DNA of 5,590 bases, taken from positions 1-5,590 of the IMG/VR virus record IMGVR_UViG_3300045988_012007. The stretch is one strand, 5' to 3'. The translations under genes were made by a program, and so were the position numbers. How positions within the stretch are numbered: the stretch's first letter is position 1; each line of letters starts with the position of its first letter. Source of the stretch: a virus. Positions 4,467 to 5,590 of the stretch are shown piece after piece. Under the pieces are notes generated by a model that saw only the letters and a list, made by a program, of their open reading frames with translations, was not told the origin of the DNA and did no database searches.

Positions 4467-5347
4467 TTCAGATAATCACCCGGCTTTCTTTTTTGTCCAT
4501 AGTCTCCTGTTTTATTCTGCATTGGGTCGTCTGTTCTGTGTCCTGGTTTTCCACTGCCGTTTGCTTTTTTCCCCATTTTATTTGTGATGTCTTCAATTGT
4601 CTCGTTTGTTTCGTTGTCGATATTTGTTAGTGCTTTCATTAAGCCGTATGGAGAGAGATGTGTTTCGCTTAGCATTTGATTCCAGCTTTGCGATGCGTTG
4701 TACCAGTCTGATTTACTCCAGCTTGAGCTGCTGTATGAGTTCGGAACAAATCCGCTGCTTCTGCTGATTCCTAGTGCGCTGCTGCTTGCCAGTCCCATGC
4801 TTGCTCCGCTGATTGTTCCCGCCGAACCTCCTGGTGTGCTTGCTCCGCCGTTTGCAGCTGCTAGGATTGGATTTATACCTGCTTTTTTCATGTCCTCAAC
4901 CGCTCTTTGGTATGCTGTGTTGCTCATGCGTTCTTGGAACTGTCTGTTTGCTAGCGCTTCTGCGCTGTTGTAATTCATCGCGGCTGTGTTTTCGATGTGG
5001 TTGTATACGCCTTGCATGATGGCTTGCATTGTGTTGTATCCCATTTGCTGTAGCATACTTTTTCTGTTGTATTTTTGCTGTGCTATGCCTTCTGCGCTTT
5101 GATATCCGTATGCTTGCTGTAGATATTTTGCGATTTGCTCATCATTTGTTCCGGCTTGGCTTCCGCTTTCGGATGCTCCGCCGCCTTGGCTTACACTTCC
5201 TCCGCTACTTTGGCTTGTTCCTTCATTTCCCCATCCGCCAAAACTGCCTGTAACGTTTTTTACTGCGTTTGTTATGCTTCCTATGCTTGTTGCTACATTT
5301 CCAAGCATGCTTGTTCCTTTTATAATTGCTCCCCATGGAATTGCCAT
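4463..5347 (-). CDS. VP2: DNA pilot / minor capsid protein VP2 (H-like), 294 aa
   Basis: The call rests on its position between VP1 and VP4 and on its size. It has a Gly/Ser-rich low-complexity N-terminal third, then a helical Q/A/N/M-rich centre, as in gokushovirus VP2. There is no catalytic motif to check. An alternative start is Met14, which has AAGGA 6 nt upstream. Confidence 0.75.
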   Translation of the reverse strand: MAIPWGAIIKGTSMLGNVATSIGSITNAVKNVTGSFGGWGNEGTSQSSGGSVSQGGGASESGSQAGTNDEQIAKYLQQAYGYQSAEGIAQQKYNRKSMLQQMGYNTMQAIMQGVYNHIENTAAMNYNSAEALANRQFQERMSNTAYQRAVEDMKKAGINPILAAANGGASTPGGSAGTISGASMGLASSSALGISRSSGFVPNSYSSSSWSKSDWYNASQSWNQMLSETHLSPYGLMKALTNIDNETNETIEDITNKMGKKANGSGKPGHRTDDPMQNKTGDYGQKRKPGDYLK

Positions 5348-5356
5348 TTGAAAATA

Positions 5357-5375
5357 GCCGGGTTTTTGTCCCGGC
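5357..5375 (-). terminator. GC hairpin between the VP1 stop and the VP2 start (possible attenuator, or a hairpin splitting the ribosome-binding site)
   Basis: The minus strand reads GCCGGG-ACAAAAA-CCCGGC followed by TATTTTCAA-ATG. The only SD (AAGGAGG, complement of 5378-5384) lies upstream of the hairpin. Confidence 0.4.
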
Positions 5376-5387
5376 TTCCTCCTTTCT

Positions 5388-5590
5388 TTACAGCTTTTCC
5401 AGACCCGGCACGCTGTACAGCGGCATGCAACGAGTGGTCTTGTTCATCACCCTGATTGCCCCAAAGAACTGCGGTTCATTCTGAACAATCAAAGTTCGTG
5501 CAATTTCGGTCTTGCCCTCGTTCATCCACTCTTGACTGAGTGTTGGCGGCATGTCGTAGTTGTCTGCATAGTGCCAGAAGTCTAGCGTGC
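5388..5590 (-). CDS. VP1: 3' end of the VP1 major capsid gene (5492-5590 duplicates 1-99)
   Basis: The same frame as 1..1561 carried across the junction reads ...[39 protein letters not shown], followed by TAA at 5388-5390. The MPLYSVPGL ending is typical of microvirus VP1. Confidence 0.9.
   Translation of the reverse strand, partial: TLDFWHYADNYDMPPTLSQEWMNEGKTEIARTLIVQNEPQFFGAIRVMNKTTRCMPLYSVPGLEKL
5492..5590. repeat. Terminal overlap of a circular contig (right copy)
   Basis: These 99 nt are identical to 1-99. Joining the two copies restores the VP1 reading frame exactly. Confidence 0.95.

Noticed and set aside
473-5455. All plus-strand track ORFs (473-721, 642-887, 978-1169, 1055-1306, 1632-1886, 1813-2043, 1820-2023, 2091-2327, 2312-2548, 2816-3055, 3593-3817, 4698-4973, 4813-5019, 5029-5253, 5135-5455)
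   Set aside because: Each lies antisense to a minus-strand gene that has recognisable family motifs and its own SD. Their translations are Cys/Phe/Leu/Ser-rich, low-complexity, antisense-type sequences with no motifs. Known Microviridae transcribe one strand only.

Overview
The window is one complete circular Microviridae (gokushovirus-like ssDNA phage) genome of 5,491 nt, linearised inside the major capsid gene. Positions 1-99 are repeated exactly at 5492-5590, so the ends are a circular-assembly overlap. All supportable genes are on the minus strand, so the window shows the complement of the coding (presumably packaged) strand. Gene order on the coding strand is VP1 capsid (1561->1, finishing at 5491->5388), VP2 pilot protein (5347->4463), VP4 Rep (4466->3447) and a 431-nt non-coding region (3446->3016). 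These are followed by a peptidase M15 endolysin, a 34-aa ORF, an 81-aa orphan, a 39-aa basic J/ORF8-like protein, a VP5-like protein and the VP3 scaffold. The VP1 ORF, the 39-aa ORF and the 34-aa ORF are missing from the supplied ORF track; I found them by hand translation. VP1 is missing because it runs off the window edge, and the other two are probably too short. Eight genes have a Shine-Dalgarno (SD) motif 6-9 nt upstream of the ATG; VP2 has one 30 nt upstream, separated from the ATG by a hairpin. Several genes overlap or abut (ATGA at VP2/VP4, 14 nt at VP3/VP1, 8 nt at VP5-like/VP3). The most unusual part is the oversized, highly structured intergenic region. Read on the coding strand, it holds a Rep-proximal terminator hairpin, an ATTATTCT repeat triplet, two alternating Py-Pu GC blocks, a phased array of DnaA-box-like iterons, and a near-consensus sigma70 promoter. 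All functional readings of these elements are inference. I could not run any homology search, so family calls rest on motifs I recognise by eye.
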